Below, in pieces: positions 12,130 to 25,677 of a DNA stretch of 64,000 bases (positions are counted from its first letter, which is position 1; every line of letters begins with the position of its first letter). The notes below the pieces were generated by a model. The model made no database searches, was not told the origin of the DNA, and was given only the letters and a program-made list of their open reading frames with translations. Position numbers and translations under genes: made by a program. Location of the stretch: NCBI GenBank assembly GCA_036785375.1, contig JAWMAR010000471.1, forward strand, positions 496,001 through 560,000, given 5' to 3'. The stretch is from Leucoraja ocellata (Eukaryota).

Positions 12130-12965
12130 CCAGGCAGTCATCAGAATCAGAATCGGAATCAGAATTATGTGTATTGTCATTTTAAAGTAGGTTCGGACGA
12201 AATTACGTTCCTGCAGACAGAACAACAACAACAAAACACACACAATTAGCACAATTCCACACAAACATCCATCACATTGAATCTCCAAACACCTCCTCAT
12301 TGTGATGGAAGGCAAAGGTCTCATCTCTTCCCTGTTCTCTGTTCTTTATTCTTGTCCCGCAGTCAAGCAGTCAAACTGCTGCATCAAGCTGATCGAAGCT
12401 TTTGATGTTCGAGACCCCGGCGGACCATGGTAAGTCCCGCGTTCGTTTACGCCGTGCCGGGCGATATAAGGCCCTGCTACCGGTCGATTTAAACCCCTTG
12501 ATTCGGGCGGGAGAAGTTGCCGTTGCGGGAGCTCCGAAAAGTGGTCCCCCACAAGGGACCCGCGAGCTCCCGATGTTACCTTCCACGGGGCCTGCAGCCG
12601 GAGCCTCCGAAGCGCCGTAGTCGGATCGCAGCCGCGCGCCACCGCAGCGCTCCGCGCACCGATGTCGGCAGCTCCGCGATAGTGAGTCCGCAGGCTGCGC
12701 GACTGGAGCCCCAGGTCGATTCCGGTTGGAGGCCGCCTGCTGCACGATGTTAGGCCCCAACAACAACGGACACTCGAGAGGGAAAAGGTCGAGTCCCAGA
12801 ACGGGGAAGATATTTAAAAATCCCCCCTGCACCCCCCCCCCCCCCTCCCGCCCACATATACACATCTAAAACTAATATAAAACTAAACCAAAACATACAT
12901 CTAACAAGACAAAAAGAAAGAAAAGAGAGACATACTGCGGAGGCCATGGCCGCGAGGCGCCGCCT
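12130..12965. mobile_element. Unclassified GC-rich interspersed repeat (also 30390-31215; a related element in opposite orientation at ~23995-24780)
   Basis: Multi-copy, GC-rich, with microsatellite-like ends; the overlapping ORFs lack recognisable domains. Confidence 0.55.
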
Positions 12966-13099
12966 TCTTGTCCAACCGTGAGAACTTGCAAAATCGTTAC
13001 CGACAGTTACGACACTACGCCGCCTAATTTATTCCTAGCCTGTTCAACCTATCCTTTCAGCGAAGTCACTGGAGGTAGTATAGTAGAGCTATGATCTGG

Positions 13100-13522
13100 A
13101 ACATAGAAACATAGAAACATAGAAAATAGGTGCTGGAGTAGGCCATTCGGCCCTTCGAGCCTGCACCGCCATTCGATATGATCATGGCTGATCATCCAAC
13201 TCAGTATCCTGTACCTGCCTCCTCTCTATACCCCCTGATCCCTTTAGCCACAAGGGCCACATCTAACTGCATCTTAAATATAGCCAATGAACTGGCCTCA
13301 ACTACCTTCTCTGGCAGAGAATTCCACAGATTCACCACTCTTTGTGTAAAAAATGATTTTCTCATCTCGGTCCTAAAAGACTTCCCTCTTATCCTTAAAC
13401 TGTGACCCCTTGTTCAGGACTTCCCCAACATCGGGAATAATCTTCCTGCATCTAGCCTGTCCAACCCCTTAAGAATTTTGGAAGTTTCCATAAGATGCCC
13501 CCTCAATCTACTAAATTCTAGC
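13100..13522 (-). mobile_element. CR1 3' fragment with (acatagaa)n tail; paralogue 31352-31775
   Basis: Same 3' UTR and tail as other CR1 copies. Confidence 0.85.
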
Positions 13523-14360
13523 GAAGGAACAATCTTCTAGTGAAGGTGTTGTCATGTTCCTGTTGTGAAGGAATTCCCAGACTATAGCGATGTCGAGAAG
13601 TAATTCAGTACCGGATCATTGAGCAAAAACAGTAATTACGGCCTTAAGGTATTTGCACATTTGTGCAGTGGCCCATTGGGAAAGGCGCCATGCGTATTTA
13701 AAGTGTTTAATTTTACTGCCCTCACGTGAATATCCATCAGGGGATTTATTTCAGCAGTTGCTGTAGCTATGTATCTGGTGTCCAGTGATATATCCTCCGA
13801 CACAGATGTGGATTACTCAGTAGGGCCCAATGATGAACTATCCATCTGCATTACAGCTAATCCGCCATTTGCGGTAAATAGTTTGTTTTATTGACTTCCT
13901 ATTCTTCCCGCGTCCGGGACGATTTTGCTGCTATTAGTGAAGGTCAATCAACTGGAATTGGAAAGTCTGTCAGGGTGTCGGTGAAGTGGAATTGGGTAAC
14001 GTAATTGTGACAATTCAGGGCCAGCCCATCCTCCATCCAGAGACACCCTCGTTTTAATAACTAAAACTGTAAAATCTGCAGTTATTAAACAGGTTATCCA
14101 GGACTGAGAGAGAGTAAAACAGAACACACGTTTCAGATCTCTGGTCACATTTCCTATCCCGCGGTCGTCAGAACTCTTGTAATTCTCTGTAGCTAGCGGC
14201 TAATGTTATGGAAACGGATTCCGGAGAAGCAGCTCGCAGTTGGAAACAATAAAACCACCAGGACACCTGCACACAATGAAAGCAAACCGACAACTGAGAG
14301 AGAACAGGAAAGCAGGCACATCCAATCGCATCAGCGGAGCAGAGAGCAAGACAAAGGCGA

Positions 14361-14398
14361 TGTTTTTGTAAGGGGCTTAACTTGTTTCCATCACTGTG
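14361..14398 (-). promoter_or_regulatory. Recombination signal sequence (23-type) of V1
   Basis: On the - strand: CACAGTG (14398-14392), 22-nt spacer, ACAAAAACA (14369-14361; 8/9 match to ACAAAAACC). Confidence 0.93.
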
Positions 14399-14705
14399 CG
14401 CCACAGTGCGCAGTAATAGACTGCAGAGTCGCTGAGATCCAGCCCTGAGATACTCAAGCTGGTGAACTTTGTCGCGGTATTGAGCTCAATAGAGAAACGA
14501 GTATCAGCGTATTGGGCCGTATCTTCATTGTTGCTGGTGTCTCTCGACATAGTAAACTCGGGCTGCATGCCTGGATATTGTCGGTACCAGAATAAAGTGT
14601 ATGCTGCCCATGTGGTATCATAGTTACAGGTTAAAGTCACCGCTTCTCCTTTTGTCTTCGTCGCCGAGGGCAGTGGCTGTGTGACAGATTCTCCGTGAAT
14701 AGTGA
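14399..14705 (-). CDS. T-cell receptor alpha/delta-type variable gene segment 1 (V exon)
   Basis: Acceptor ttttacag|tc. Ig V-set fold: SVTQ..VTLTC (Cys23), WYRQ (Trp41), RFS, LSISGL..SDSAVYYCAL (Cys104). Open frame running into an RSS. Confidence 0.93.
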
Positions 14706-14823
14706 CTGTAAAATAAATATATTGAGATAGTAACAGACATCGGAGTCCCATGAGATTGCACTTCTCAAGCCAAAATCTCACTGCGGAGGGCGAGGGGAAC
14801 TGAAAATATTGATCCAGAATTAC

Positions 14824-14869
14824 CTGTCAGAAACGCTCCCCACACAACACAGATGCCGATGAAACGCAT
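14824..14869 (-). CDS. TCR V segment 1, leader exon (MRFIGICVVWGAFLT + 1 nt)
   Basis: ATG at 14869 (-), hydrophobic signal peptide, donor G|gtaatt, 118-nt intron to the V exon. This is the standard Ig/TCR leader architecture. Confidence 0.88.
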
Positions 14870-14986
14870 TTTACCCGTTCACTCTGTACTAGCTGAGTTC
14901 CAAACTTGAAGAGACACAAACAGGAGCGTTTTCTCAGTCGAAGGGCGTCTGCTGGTCTCCCTGTCACTGCCCTGTGCCCCCAGCGA

Positions 14987-14994
14987 TGTCGTCA
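14987..14994 (-). promoter_or_regulatory. CRE-like element (TGACGACA) about 120 nt upstream of the V1 leader; also at 33242-33249 for V2
   Basis: 7/8 match to TGACGTCA. CRE-like motifs are typical of TCR V promoters, but this short motif could be chance. Confidence 0.3.
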
Positions 14995-17900
14995 GAGATG
15001 TGGGTGGGCAACGGGGTCTCAGCCAATTGAAATACACGTAGCCGGAATCCAGCTTTCCCCCCGAGCGTAGTCGCATCCGCTTGAACAAACCGTGGTTGAG
15101 GAAGGCATATTTGTTCTGGTAACCGGTAGTGAAGGTGCGAAGCCTGATATTGTTAAGCGGAACAATAATAAGGTGCATATTCACAAATGGAATAGATCGG
15201 GTAAACTCACAGAGTCTCTTGGCCAGATTGGGGGATCGAGAAACAGAGGACATAGATTGAACTTGAGTGGGGAGGAAGATTTAATAGAGACCAAAAGGGT
15301 AACTTTTTCATACAAAGGGGGCGGCGCATGGAACGCGCTGGCAGAGGTAGTAGTTAAGGCAGGTACAATCGCAAAGTTTAAGAAGAACGTTGACATGTAC
15401 ATGAATAGAGCTGATGTTGAGGGATATGGGCGAAACGCTTGCGGGTAGGACTGGTGTGGATGGAACATGTTGGCCGGTGTGGGCAAGCGGGGGCCTAAGG
15501 GTATGTTTCCACGTTGTAAGACTCTATGATGCCTTGATTCTAAAACAAACCACCACAGTATTAACGTCGTCCGTCAAAAGGCGACAGGCAGTGGTCAGAT
15601 CTACCGTCGCTTCGGCAGTGTCGAGAAAATGGGAGTTGTTACGATGTTTTGATGTTTTCATTGAGAAATGCACGTGATTTCTATATGAAGTAAATTACAA
15701 GCAAAGCCAGAATAATGTGCAAGGATCCATTTTCAATCAATGTTTTTAGTTCCACTCCCCTTCATCTGCCATGTTTTGACATATGAAATTCATTGCTGAG
15801 GACCTCACCCCACCGAGTCCACGCCAACCATCGATGACCCGATCACTTTCGTTCCATGTTATTCCACTTTTCCATCTATTCCTCACACACTTGGTGCATG
15901 TTTACACAGGCCAATTCACCTAAAATAACCACACGTATTTTGGATACGGGAGGAAATCAGAGCGCCTGGACGATACCGACACGGTCACAGCGAGACGGGA
16001 AAACTCCACTCAGACATTACCCGAGGACAGGATTGATCCCGGATCTCTGAAGCTTTGAGGCAGCAGCTGCGCCACTGAACCGACAAATGTGTGATTTGTT
16101 TTTATAAAGATTGCAGCTGGGTGATTGTTGAACTTTAACCACAGCTAGCCGGCAAAATCGGTTTGGAATTTCCATGAGTTTCAGCATTATATCGAGTGGT
16201 CTGGTGATCTGCATTCTGCGCACCGACCGCTGCTGCCTGGATTCGGTTCGTGGTCAGGGAGTAGGGCGGTTTATTTCTGCCTCCAGTGGAAACATTATTA
16301 GAGCGCGCATCGTTCACTATGTGTAGTTTCAGCGTCGCCTCCACCACGGGAACAGTCAGCAGCTGATTAACATTTAAAATGATGCACTTATGCAAAATAC
16401 ACACACATTATTGCTACCAACGGCTAACAATACCATAATCCCGACAGGATCAGGCGGCCAGGGCTTTCAGATACAAATTCATATTGAGATTCACATTCAA
16501 AATATATCTCCAAAATCGAAGAAAATATATGCCAACAATGGCCCACAAATCATCTTATCGAATATGCTAACTATACAACGTGTTGTGCGTCATGTAAACT
16601 ACATGTAACAGTTGCTCGCGGAATGGCGTGGATATCAGGGTAGTTGGGGAGGAGCAGCCATACATTGAGAAATCGTAACATTTGGCTGGGTCTTTACATG
16701 GAAATGGTTCCGCCTTCACAGGCCTCGACTATGGGAAAAACAACTGCGATTATTGTGAATTGTGGAATTATAGTACGTCACGTTTTTGAATTTCAAAATA
16801 TACTTTATGCGAGAAATTAATATGTCCAATACATGACCCTTACAAAACCCCATCCGACATTCACGGAGGCTAAGCATACATCCAATACTGCTTACACAAA
16901 TTACACAATTTTACCTCCCACCTAAGGGGTCACAAATAACATTAGCACATTTGCAGATGACACAAAGCTGGGTGACAGTGTGAACAGTGAGGAGGATGCG
17001 GTGAGAATGACTTCGACAGGTGGGGTGAGTGGGCAGATGCATGGCAGCAGCAATTTAATGTGGGTAAATGTAGGGTGAGCCACTTAATTAATGTGAGGTT
17101 AGCCAAGTAATTCCACATCAATGCATTATCAACGCATTCCGATGATTTCCCCCTAATATCTGCAATAACGTCACATGCCTGTCTGTTTTATTGATAAAAA
17201 CATCTCGAAATATAACTCTTTGATCAAGGACATTCCTTGCTGATATTTATTCCTGGTCATTTAGCACGTTACACGTTATATTTTCATATCATTGTCATCA
17301 TGTAATATATTAATGCCGCTGCTGTATCCAATTGTATTCACTACCAACTAGAAAGGTCCATGTGATTTGCCTCATTTAGACCGCTGCACAGGAACCATTC
17401 TCGTTTGTTTTGAAGAGGAGCTCCAAGCGAAATCCAGGAAAATATTATCACTGGTTAAATGTCAAGTGAATTCAACAGTGTCTGGGAAGAGCAGTAGAAA
17501 GGTTGCAAATACATTATTACATCGCAGCATGTGTTGATAAGTGATGACAAGGTCATAAGTGATGCGTGCAGAATTAGGCCACTGGGCCCATCAAGTCTAC
17601 TCTGCCATTTAATCATGGATGATCCATCTCCCCCTCCCCCCCAACCCCATTCTCCTGCCTTCTCCCCATAACCCCAGACACTCGTACTAATCCAGAATCT
17701 GTCTATCTCTGCCTTAAATATATAAATTAACGGCATCTACAGCTTGGTGTGGCAAAGAACTCCACAGATTCACCTCCCATTAATTAAATAAATTCGTCCT
17801 CCTTATTGCCAAAGTAACGCCATTCTATTCTGAGGCTATGGCCTATAGTCGTAGATTCTCCCTCTAGTGGAATCATCCTCTCCACGACCATTCTATGCAA

Positions 17901-18675
17901 ACATTTCACGATTCGGTAAGTTTCAATGTGGTCCCCCCCCTGATGCTTCCAGTCTCCAGCGAGTACAGGCTCAGTGTCTTCAAACGATCAACATATTTTA
18001 ACTGCCTCATTCTTGAAATCGTTGTTGTAAACGTCCCCTGGACCCTCTCCGCAGCTGGCTCATCCTTCCTTAGATATGGTGCCCACAATTGCTCACAATA
18101 GTCCAAATGCGAGCTGACCAGCGCCTTTGTAGTGCCTCAGTATTACATACCTGTTGTTTTATTCTTTCCCGATTGAAGTAAATGCTAGCATTGCGTTTGC
18201 CTTCTTTACTACCAATTCGATTTGCAAATTACCTGGTTTGGGAATCCTGCACTAGCCCTCTCATGTCCCTTTGCACCTTCGATTTCTTGATTCTCTCCCG
18301 ATGTTTTGAAATATTCTATGCCTTCTACCAAAATGCATGACTCCACACTTTGTTACTCAATATTCCATCTGCCACTTCTCTGCCCACTCTCCAAACCTAT
18401 CCAAGTTCTTATGTAAAGACCCAGCTTTCTGTCCACCACCTGTGTATGGAGCATGCTGCCGGTGATGGTAGTTGAGGCAGGTACTGTCGCAACGTTTAAG
18501 AAATATTGCAACAGGGACGTGGATACGATATGTTAACAGGAATATGGGCCAATCGTAGGCAGGTGGGGGTGTGCAGATGGGGTACATTTTTGATCGTGGG
18601 CAGGTTGGGCCGGGGGACTATTTTTCACGCTGTATGACACTAGAACTCTATGCCAAGATCGAAGAACAACAAGTC

Positions 18676-21672
18676 ATGTTGAGCGTGGCCCCTTGGACAA
18701 GAGTGACCGTAATATGGTTGAATTCTTCATTAGGATGGAGAGTGACATTTTCAATTCAGAAACAAGGATTCTGAACTTAAAGAAAAGTAACTTTGAGGGT
18801 ATGAGACGTGTATTGGCCAAGGTTGATTGGCATTTGATTCTTAAAGGGTTGACGGTGGGTATGCAATGGAAGGCATTTAAAGACTGCATGGATGAACTAC
18901 AACAATTGTTCATCCCAGTTTGGCAAAATAATAAATCAGGGAAGGTAGTGCATCCGTGGATAACAAGGGAAATCAGGATAGTATCAAAACAAAAGATGAA
19001 GCGTACAAACTAGCAAGAAAAAGCAGCCTACCAGAGGACTGGGAAACATTTTCGAGTCCAACAGAGGAGGACAAAGGGCTTAACTAGGAACTGGAACATA
19101 GATTACTGGCAGGGAACATAAAAACGGACTGCAGAAGTTTATATAGATATGTGAAGAGAAAACGATTAGTTGAAACAAATGTAGGTCCCTTGCAGTCAGA
19201 AACAGGTGAATTGATCATAGGGAACAAGGGCATGGCAGACCAATTGAATAACTACATTGGTTCTGTCTTCAGTAAGGAAGACATAAATAATCTGCCGGAA
19301 ATAGTAGGGGACCGCGGGATAATTGAGATGGAGAACTGAGTGAAATCCAGGTTAGCCGGGAAGTGGTGTGAGCAAAATTGAATGGATTAAAGGCTGATAA
19401 ACCCCCAGGGCAGATAGGCCTCATCCCAGAGTAATTAAGGAAGTAGCCCCAGAAATACTGGATGCATTAGTGATAATTTTTAAAAACTCCTTAGATTCTG
19501 GAGTAGTTCCTGTGGATTGGAGGGTAGCTAATTTAACCCCACTTTTAAAAAAGTAGGGAGAGAGAAATCTGGGAATTACAGACCAGTTAATCTAGCATCG
19601 GTAGTGGGGGAACTGCTAGAGTCAGTTATTAAAGATGGGATAGCAGCACATTTGGAAAGTGTTGAAATCATTGGAGAAAGTCAGCATGGATTTACAAAAG
19701 GCAAACCCAGTTGAGCAGAGGGATCTGGGAATAACCGTGCATAGTTCCTTGAATGTGGAATCTCATATAGATAGGGTGGTAAAGGAAGCTTTTGGTATGC
19801 TAGACTTTATAAACAGAGCATTGAGTATAGAAGCTGGGATGTAATGTTAAAATTGTACAAGGGATTGGTGAGACCAAATCTTGAGTATGGTGTACAATTT
19901 TGGTCGCCCAATTTTAGGAAGGATGTCAACAAAATAGAGAGAGTGCAGAGGAGATTTACTAGAATGTTGCCTGGGTTTCAACAACTAAGTTACAGAGATA
20001 GGTTGAATAAGTTAGATCTTTATTCTCTGGAGCCCAGAATGTTAAGGGGGGACTTGATAGAGGTCTTTAAAATGATGAGAGGGATATACATAGTTGATGT
20101 GGACAAGCTTTTCCCTTTGAGAATAGGGAAGATTCAAACAAGAGGACATGATTTCAGAATTAAAGGACATAAGTTTAGGGGTAACATGAGGGGGAACTTC
20201 TTTACTCAGAGAGTGGTAGCGGTGTGGAATGAGCTTCCAGTGGAAGTGGTGGAGGCAGGTTCGTTGGTATCATTTAAGAATAAATTGGATAGGGATATGG
20301 ATGAGAAGGGAATGGAGGGTTATGGTATGAGTGCAGGCAAGTGGGACTAAGGGAAAAAGTTGTTCGGCACGGACTTGTAGGGCCAAGATGGCCTGTTTCC
20401 GTGCTGTAATTGTTATATGGTTATATGGTTATATGTCTGACGAATCTTATGGAATTTAACGAGGATGTAACTAATGGGGTGGTTAAGGGAGAACCAGTGG
20501 ATGTGTTATATCTATACTTCCAGAAGGCTTTCGACAAGGTCCCACATAAGAGATTATTATACAAACTTATAGCACACGGTATTGGGGGTTCAGTGTTGAT
20601 GTGGATAGAGAACTGACTTGCAAACAGGAAGCAAAGAGTAGGAGTAAACGGGTCCTATTCAGAATGGCAGGCAGTGACTAGTGGGGTACCGCAAGGCTCG
20701 GTGCTGGGACCTCAGCTATTCACAATATATATTAATGATTTGGACGAGGGGATTGAATGCAACATCTCCAAGTTTACGATGACACGAAGCTGGGGGACAA
20801 TGTTAGCTGTGAGGAGGATGCTAAGAGACTGCAGGGTGACGTGGCTAGGCTGGGTGAGTGGGCAAATGCATGGCAGATGCAATATAATGTGTATACATGT
20901 GAGGTTATCCACTTTGGTGGCAAAACCAAGAAAGTAGACTATTATCTGAATGGTAGCCGATTAGGAAAAGGGGAGATGCAACGAGACCTGGGTGTCATGG
21001 TACACCAGTCATTTAAAGTAGACATGCAGGTGCAGCAGGCAGTGAAGAAAGCGAATGGTATGTTAGCATTCATAGAAAAAAATGATTTGAGTATAGGAGA
21101 CAACACGAGGAGTATTGCGTACAGTTTTGGTCTTCTAATCTGAGGAAAGACATTCTTACCATAGAGGGAGTACAGATAAGGTTCGCCAGACTGACTCCTG
21201 GGATGACAGGACTTTAATATGAAGAAAGACTTGATAGACTCGGATTGTACTCGCTACACTTTAGGAGATTGAGGGGGGATCTTAAAGAAACGTACACAAT
21301 TCTTAAGGGGCTGGACAGGCTAGATGCAGGAAGATTGTCCTCGTTGTTGGGGAAGTCCAGGACAAGGGGTGACAGTTTAACGATCAAGGGGAATTCTTTT
21401 AGGACCCAGATGAGAAAAACATTTTTTCACACAGAGAGTGGAGAATCTCTGGAACTCTCTGCCACAGAAGTTAGTTGAGGCCTGTTCATTGGCTATATTT
21501 AAGATGGGGTTTGATGTGGCTCTTGTGGGTAAAGGGATCAGGGGGTATGGAAAGAAAGCAGGAACAGGATACTTAGTTGGATGATCAGCCATGATCATAT
21601 TGAATGGCGGTCAGGCTCGAAGGGCCGAATGGCCTACTCCTGCAACTATTTTCTATGTTTCTATGTTTCTAT
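18676..21672 (+). mobile_element. Degraded CR1 ORF2 with a nested 3' fragment of a second CR1 family (~19710-20433); paralogue 36955-39708
   Basis: The host RT is interrupted between KGK and CLTN by a fragment ending (gttatatg)n; the host ends in (tttctatg)n. Confidence 0.88.
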
Positions 21673-22932
21673 GTTAATTCGCTTGATAAAAAAACGTTAA
21701 ATTATCCAACTTGGCGATATGCAGAGTACTGCCCTGCCTACTTCAAAAATCAGAAGGTTCAGTAGGTAATACCTGAATTGATCATCTTGTCATATTTTAA
21801 CCCTCCATAACTCATCATGGTTTTGTTCGCTGCAGAGGGAAAACAATACTGCATTATCCAGTCCATCTCACAATTCACACTATCCAATACTAGCATCATT
21901 CGTGTGAGGAGAGTTGCATACTCCCTAGTTTAAATTGATCCTTAATTCATTATTTCGGAAAATAATATCCCTGTTCCTGTGCTGTACTGCATTGTGAAGT
22001 TTTTGTTTTCCTGTGAATTCCTTAGGTCGAGTGCAGCAAACATGACACTTCTTTCTTAGGTCAAATCTTTCTTCAGAATGATCTATCCCCAAACATTTAC
22101 AGCCGATCAGACCCAGTCAATTCGTTCTATTATCTTGCACATCCACATTCGTGATATCTCAAACGGATTAATGCATTGAGAAGATTTCGCCCTAATATCT
22201 GGAATAACACCAAAAGCTGCTCACCTCTGTGTTTTATGATTTAACACATTAATTTAAAGATAACCTGTTGATCAAGAATATTTCTAGCCGCTGTTTATTT
22301 CCAGTCAGTTGTCACGTTACACATTATATTCGCCTATTTTTTACTTCATGAAGTGCCAACAGTTGAAAGACATTAATGCTGCTGTTGTAGCTGAATTGTA
22401 TACGATGTCATCTAGAAGGTTCCCTGTGATTTACATAATTTAGACCCTGCCCAAGAATGATTATCTTTCCTTTTGAAAGGGAGCTCCACGGAAAATCCCA
22501 GATCAAATTATTAACGGGTGCATGTTAAATGAAGGGAACGGTGTCTGGAAAATGCATTACAAATGCTACAAATACTATACTGTATTACATCGCAGCATGT
22601 TCGTATAAATACTACATAACATGAATTTTGCTGCATCTGTGTGCCACGCGTTAAAATTTAAAAATAGAATGTGCAGTCGTATTTTACAGTTCCTTAGTTC
22701 TGTTGGTGCTCAGCTGGTGCCTGAGTAGCGAGCGATCGCATAATGAGTTTGATCGCTTTGCATCACCTGGGAGCAAACTATTTGTTCAATGGTCCACAAT
22801 AAATGTCCGCGGGGAGGTGAACGCACGGTGTCCTTCACTTTGTCCTAAGAATATAAATATAGCGTTGTTTTACTACTCACTTTGACTTCTATACGTTTTG
22901 CACTGCATAACTGCGGACGGCTTGACGGAAAA

Positions 22933-23002
22933 ATGAGTTGGATGCGGCACTTGGAAGTTGAATATTATTATTATCCAAATCTAGCAGCAATCGCAATACC
23001 AG
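22933..23002 (+). CDS. GPCR copy 2, coding exon 1 (MSWMRHLEVEYYYYPNLAAIAIP)
   Basis: Homologous to 5859-5928; donor G|gtaggt at 23003. Confidence 0.88.
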
Positions 23003-23729
23003 GTAGGTCAATGGAACGCAGTAAGTGGGACTGAGATGTGCGATGATGTGTTGATAAAGACAATGTTAAAGGTAAAGTGAAAATAGTGTGCGAAACATGG
23101 GAATGCTAGACTGCATTCTTCAGGTTAGGGCGGTATTAAGAAATGTTTAAGAAATTACTGCAGTTGCTGGAGAAATCGAAGGTGGACAAATATGCTGGAG
23201 AATTAGACAGTGGGTGAAGCGGCATCTATGAAGCGAAGGAATAGGTGACGTTTCGGGTCGAGACTGATCAGTCTGAAGAAGGGTCTCGACCCGAAACGTC
23301 ACCTATTCATTTGTTAATCTACTTGATCGTTGGCCTTTCATTGGATCTGGCACAGGTTAATTCTCTCCAGATTCAGGTTTAGGTGCATTGTTGTCATGTC
23401 TCTCCGGGAGCTGCAAAAAAGCTTCCGGAGAGACATGACAACAATGCACCTAGATCAAATAATATTAAATATCAGTACAAACTATTCAATCTCAGTAACA
23501 GGTAGTGTGAGAGGGGAAATCGGAGTGCAGAGCGTAGTTCAAGTTTGGGAGCGCACTGCTGCGTATCACATCCACAAAGCCCAATGTCCGCAAGGGGATA
23601 GAGGTGAAACGGCAACGCCCTGGCATATGGAAGAGCGGCTCAGAATCCTGCCAACAGAGCGTAAGAAGTTGTTCTGGAGTCTGGTGTTGCAAGCTTTAAG
23701 CCTTCTGTATGTTCTGCCCGACGGGTGCA

Positions 23730-23992
23730 GGGACGGGTGATGGAATGAGCGGTTGTTATTTTTGTCCCGTTTTAATGAAGGGGGTGAGATTTAATGAATT
23801 ATTCTTCTTCTCCCTGCTTTTCGAGCTTGTACAGACACAGAGTTGGACATTGGACATTTGCTTTTTGTTCTTTTCATTCCTTGTAAACATTGATTGTAAT
23901 GTCCAATTGTTTGATAATTTCCATTTTGTTACTATGAATGTCTTTAATATCTTTACTTGTTCGGAATAAATAAAATAAATAAATAAATAAAT
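23730..23992 (+). mobile_element. Short retroposed 3' UTR fragment with (aaat)n tail in GPCR copy 2 intron
   Basis: Present only in copy 2; AT-rich, ending aataaataaaataaataaataaataaata. Confidence 0.5.
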
Positions 23993-25677
23993 ACATGTGG
24001 TTTTAATTTATTTTTTGATGGGGTATGTGTGTGTGTGTGTGTGTGGGGGGGGGGGGGGGCGGAAACTTTTAAAATCTTTCCCCTGCACGGCCAACCCGAC
24101 CTCTTCCCTGTCGTTGGGGCTGCACGTGGGGCGGCCTCCAGCAGGAACGAACTGGGGCTCCAGTCGCGGAGCTGCGGAGCTACTCACCATCATGGAGCTG
24201 GCCGAATCCGGAGCGGGTGGAGCTGTGGTGGCGCGTTGCTGCGACCCGACCCCCGGAGATTCGGAGGCTTACCGCAGGTCTGGCAGACAGTAATATCGGG
24301 AGCCCGCGGGTCCCTGCTGGGAGACCGCTTTTCGGGGCTTCCGCAACGGCGACTTCTCCTGCCCGAGTCGCGGGGTCGAGGAGCACCTGGAGCGGGGCCT
24401 TACATCATCGCACGGCGTGGCTTCAACGGCTGCGGGACTTTTCTAGCGCCCGCCGGAGGCTCCAACAACAAGACCCGGAGCGCGGCCTTGCATCACCCTG
24501 CGCGACGTTAATGGCCGCGGGACAATTGCCATCGCCCGCCGGGGGTTTTGCCTCTGACATCGGGAGGTAAATGGGGAGTGCTGGGGAGAGATACGTTTTT
24601 TTTTTTGCCTTCCATCACAGCGAGGAGGAGATGCGCTGTGATGGATGTCTGTGTAAATTGTGTTGTGTCTTGGGTCTTTTTTTCTTGCGTGGATGACCGC
24701 AGAAACAACATTTCATTTGAGCCTCTATGAGGTTGAAGTGACGAATAAATTGTATTGTGTATTGTGTATTGTGTATTGAGATGTGCCCGCAGGAAGCTGT
24801 AATGTACCCAACAGTACGCTTTCTACGCTAATCTGTAGCAGCATGTTTGAGTCATCAGAGGCAGGTCAAAGTACCTCAGACTTCCCAGTAAAGGTGTTGT
24901 TCTGCAATTGGCTTTCCCTTCGATGTGGTCGTCCATGAAATATCGTTAGTAATATTAACTCCGTGGAACTTGAAATCCTCAATCACTTCCACTTCAGCAT
25001 CATTGCTTGTGCCGGTGATCCACCGCTTTTCCTGAAATCGACAACTTGCTCCTTCGACTAGTTGATATTGACGTATAGATTGTCATTATCTGGAAACTTG
25101 TGCGAGCAGTCACAGCCAAATTTGGCCGCGGGGCCGTGAGTGCACAGGGTGAAGGGTCGGGGACGGGGAAGACATCTTTATTCGGCACCGTTGTAGAGAT
25201 TTATTGTGGAAGTGGTGTTAATACTAATTCTCACTGATTAAGGTATGTTCATTAGAACGTCAAGTGTGCACTCGCAAGCTGGGGTGCTGATCGCTAGGCT
25301 CGTGAGTTAATCAATGGTTTGGATGGGAATAGTGTTGAAGGCAAGTTCTCCAGCGGAGAAATGGGAATCTAACTTTCGACTCCTTTGTTGCCCGGCTGTT
25401 CCCGGGAACTGTTTAGGTCCAGGACGATGGCATCTGATGCGGACATGTTTTGCTGCTATATGCAGTCTGCGGTGCATCACGGGTGGCTGGGAGACAGCTC
25501 ACGCTGCCTGCGTATACCGCTGTTAGCTAATCCGCACAGCTCCTTAGCACGCACACAGGTTTGCATGTGGGCCAGTTGTTTTCGAAAAAATGTGCAAAGT
25601 GTAACCCAAATGTGACCCCCGCCTCCAAATGAGCATCGCGTTTCTCTTACATGTAACGACAGTTTTCTCTTTTCCAG

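Noticed and set aside
12346-12947. Multiple overlapping 65-164 aa ORFs in GC-rich repeats (also 24000-24730, 30600-31200)
   Set aside because: Stop-poor GC-rich repeat sequence; frames are not preserved between copies and no domains are recognisable.
14399-14869. NAR-TCR supporting V or IgH-like (TAILV) segment
   Set aside because: It has its own leader exon and TCR alpha/delta-type framework motifs (WYRQ, YYCAL); no adjacent NAR V-D-J cassette was seen.
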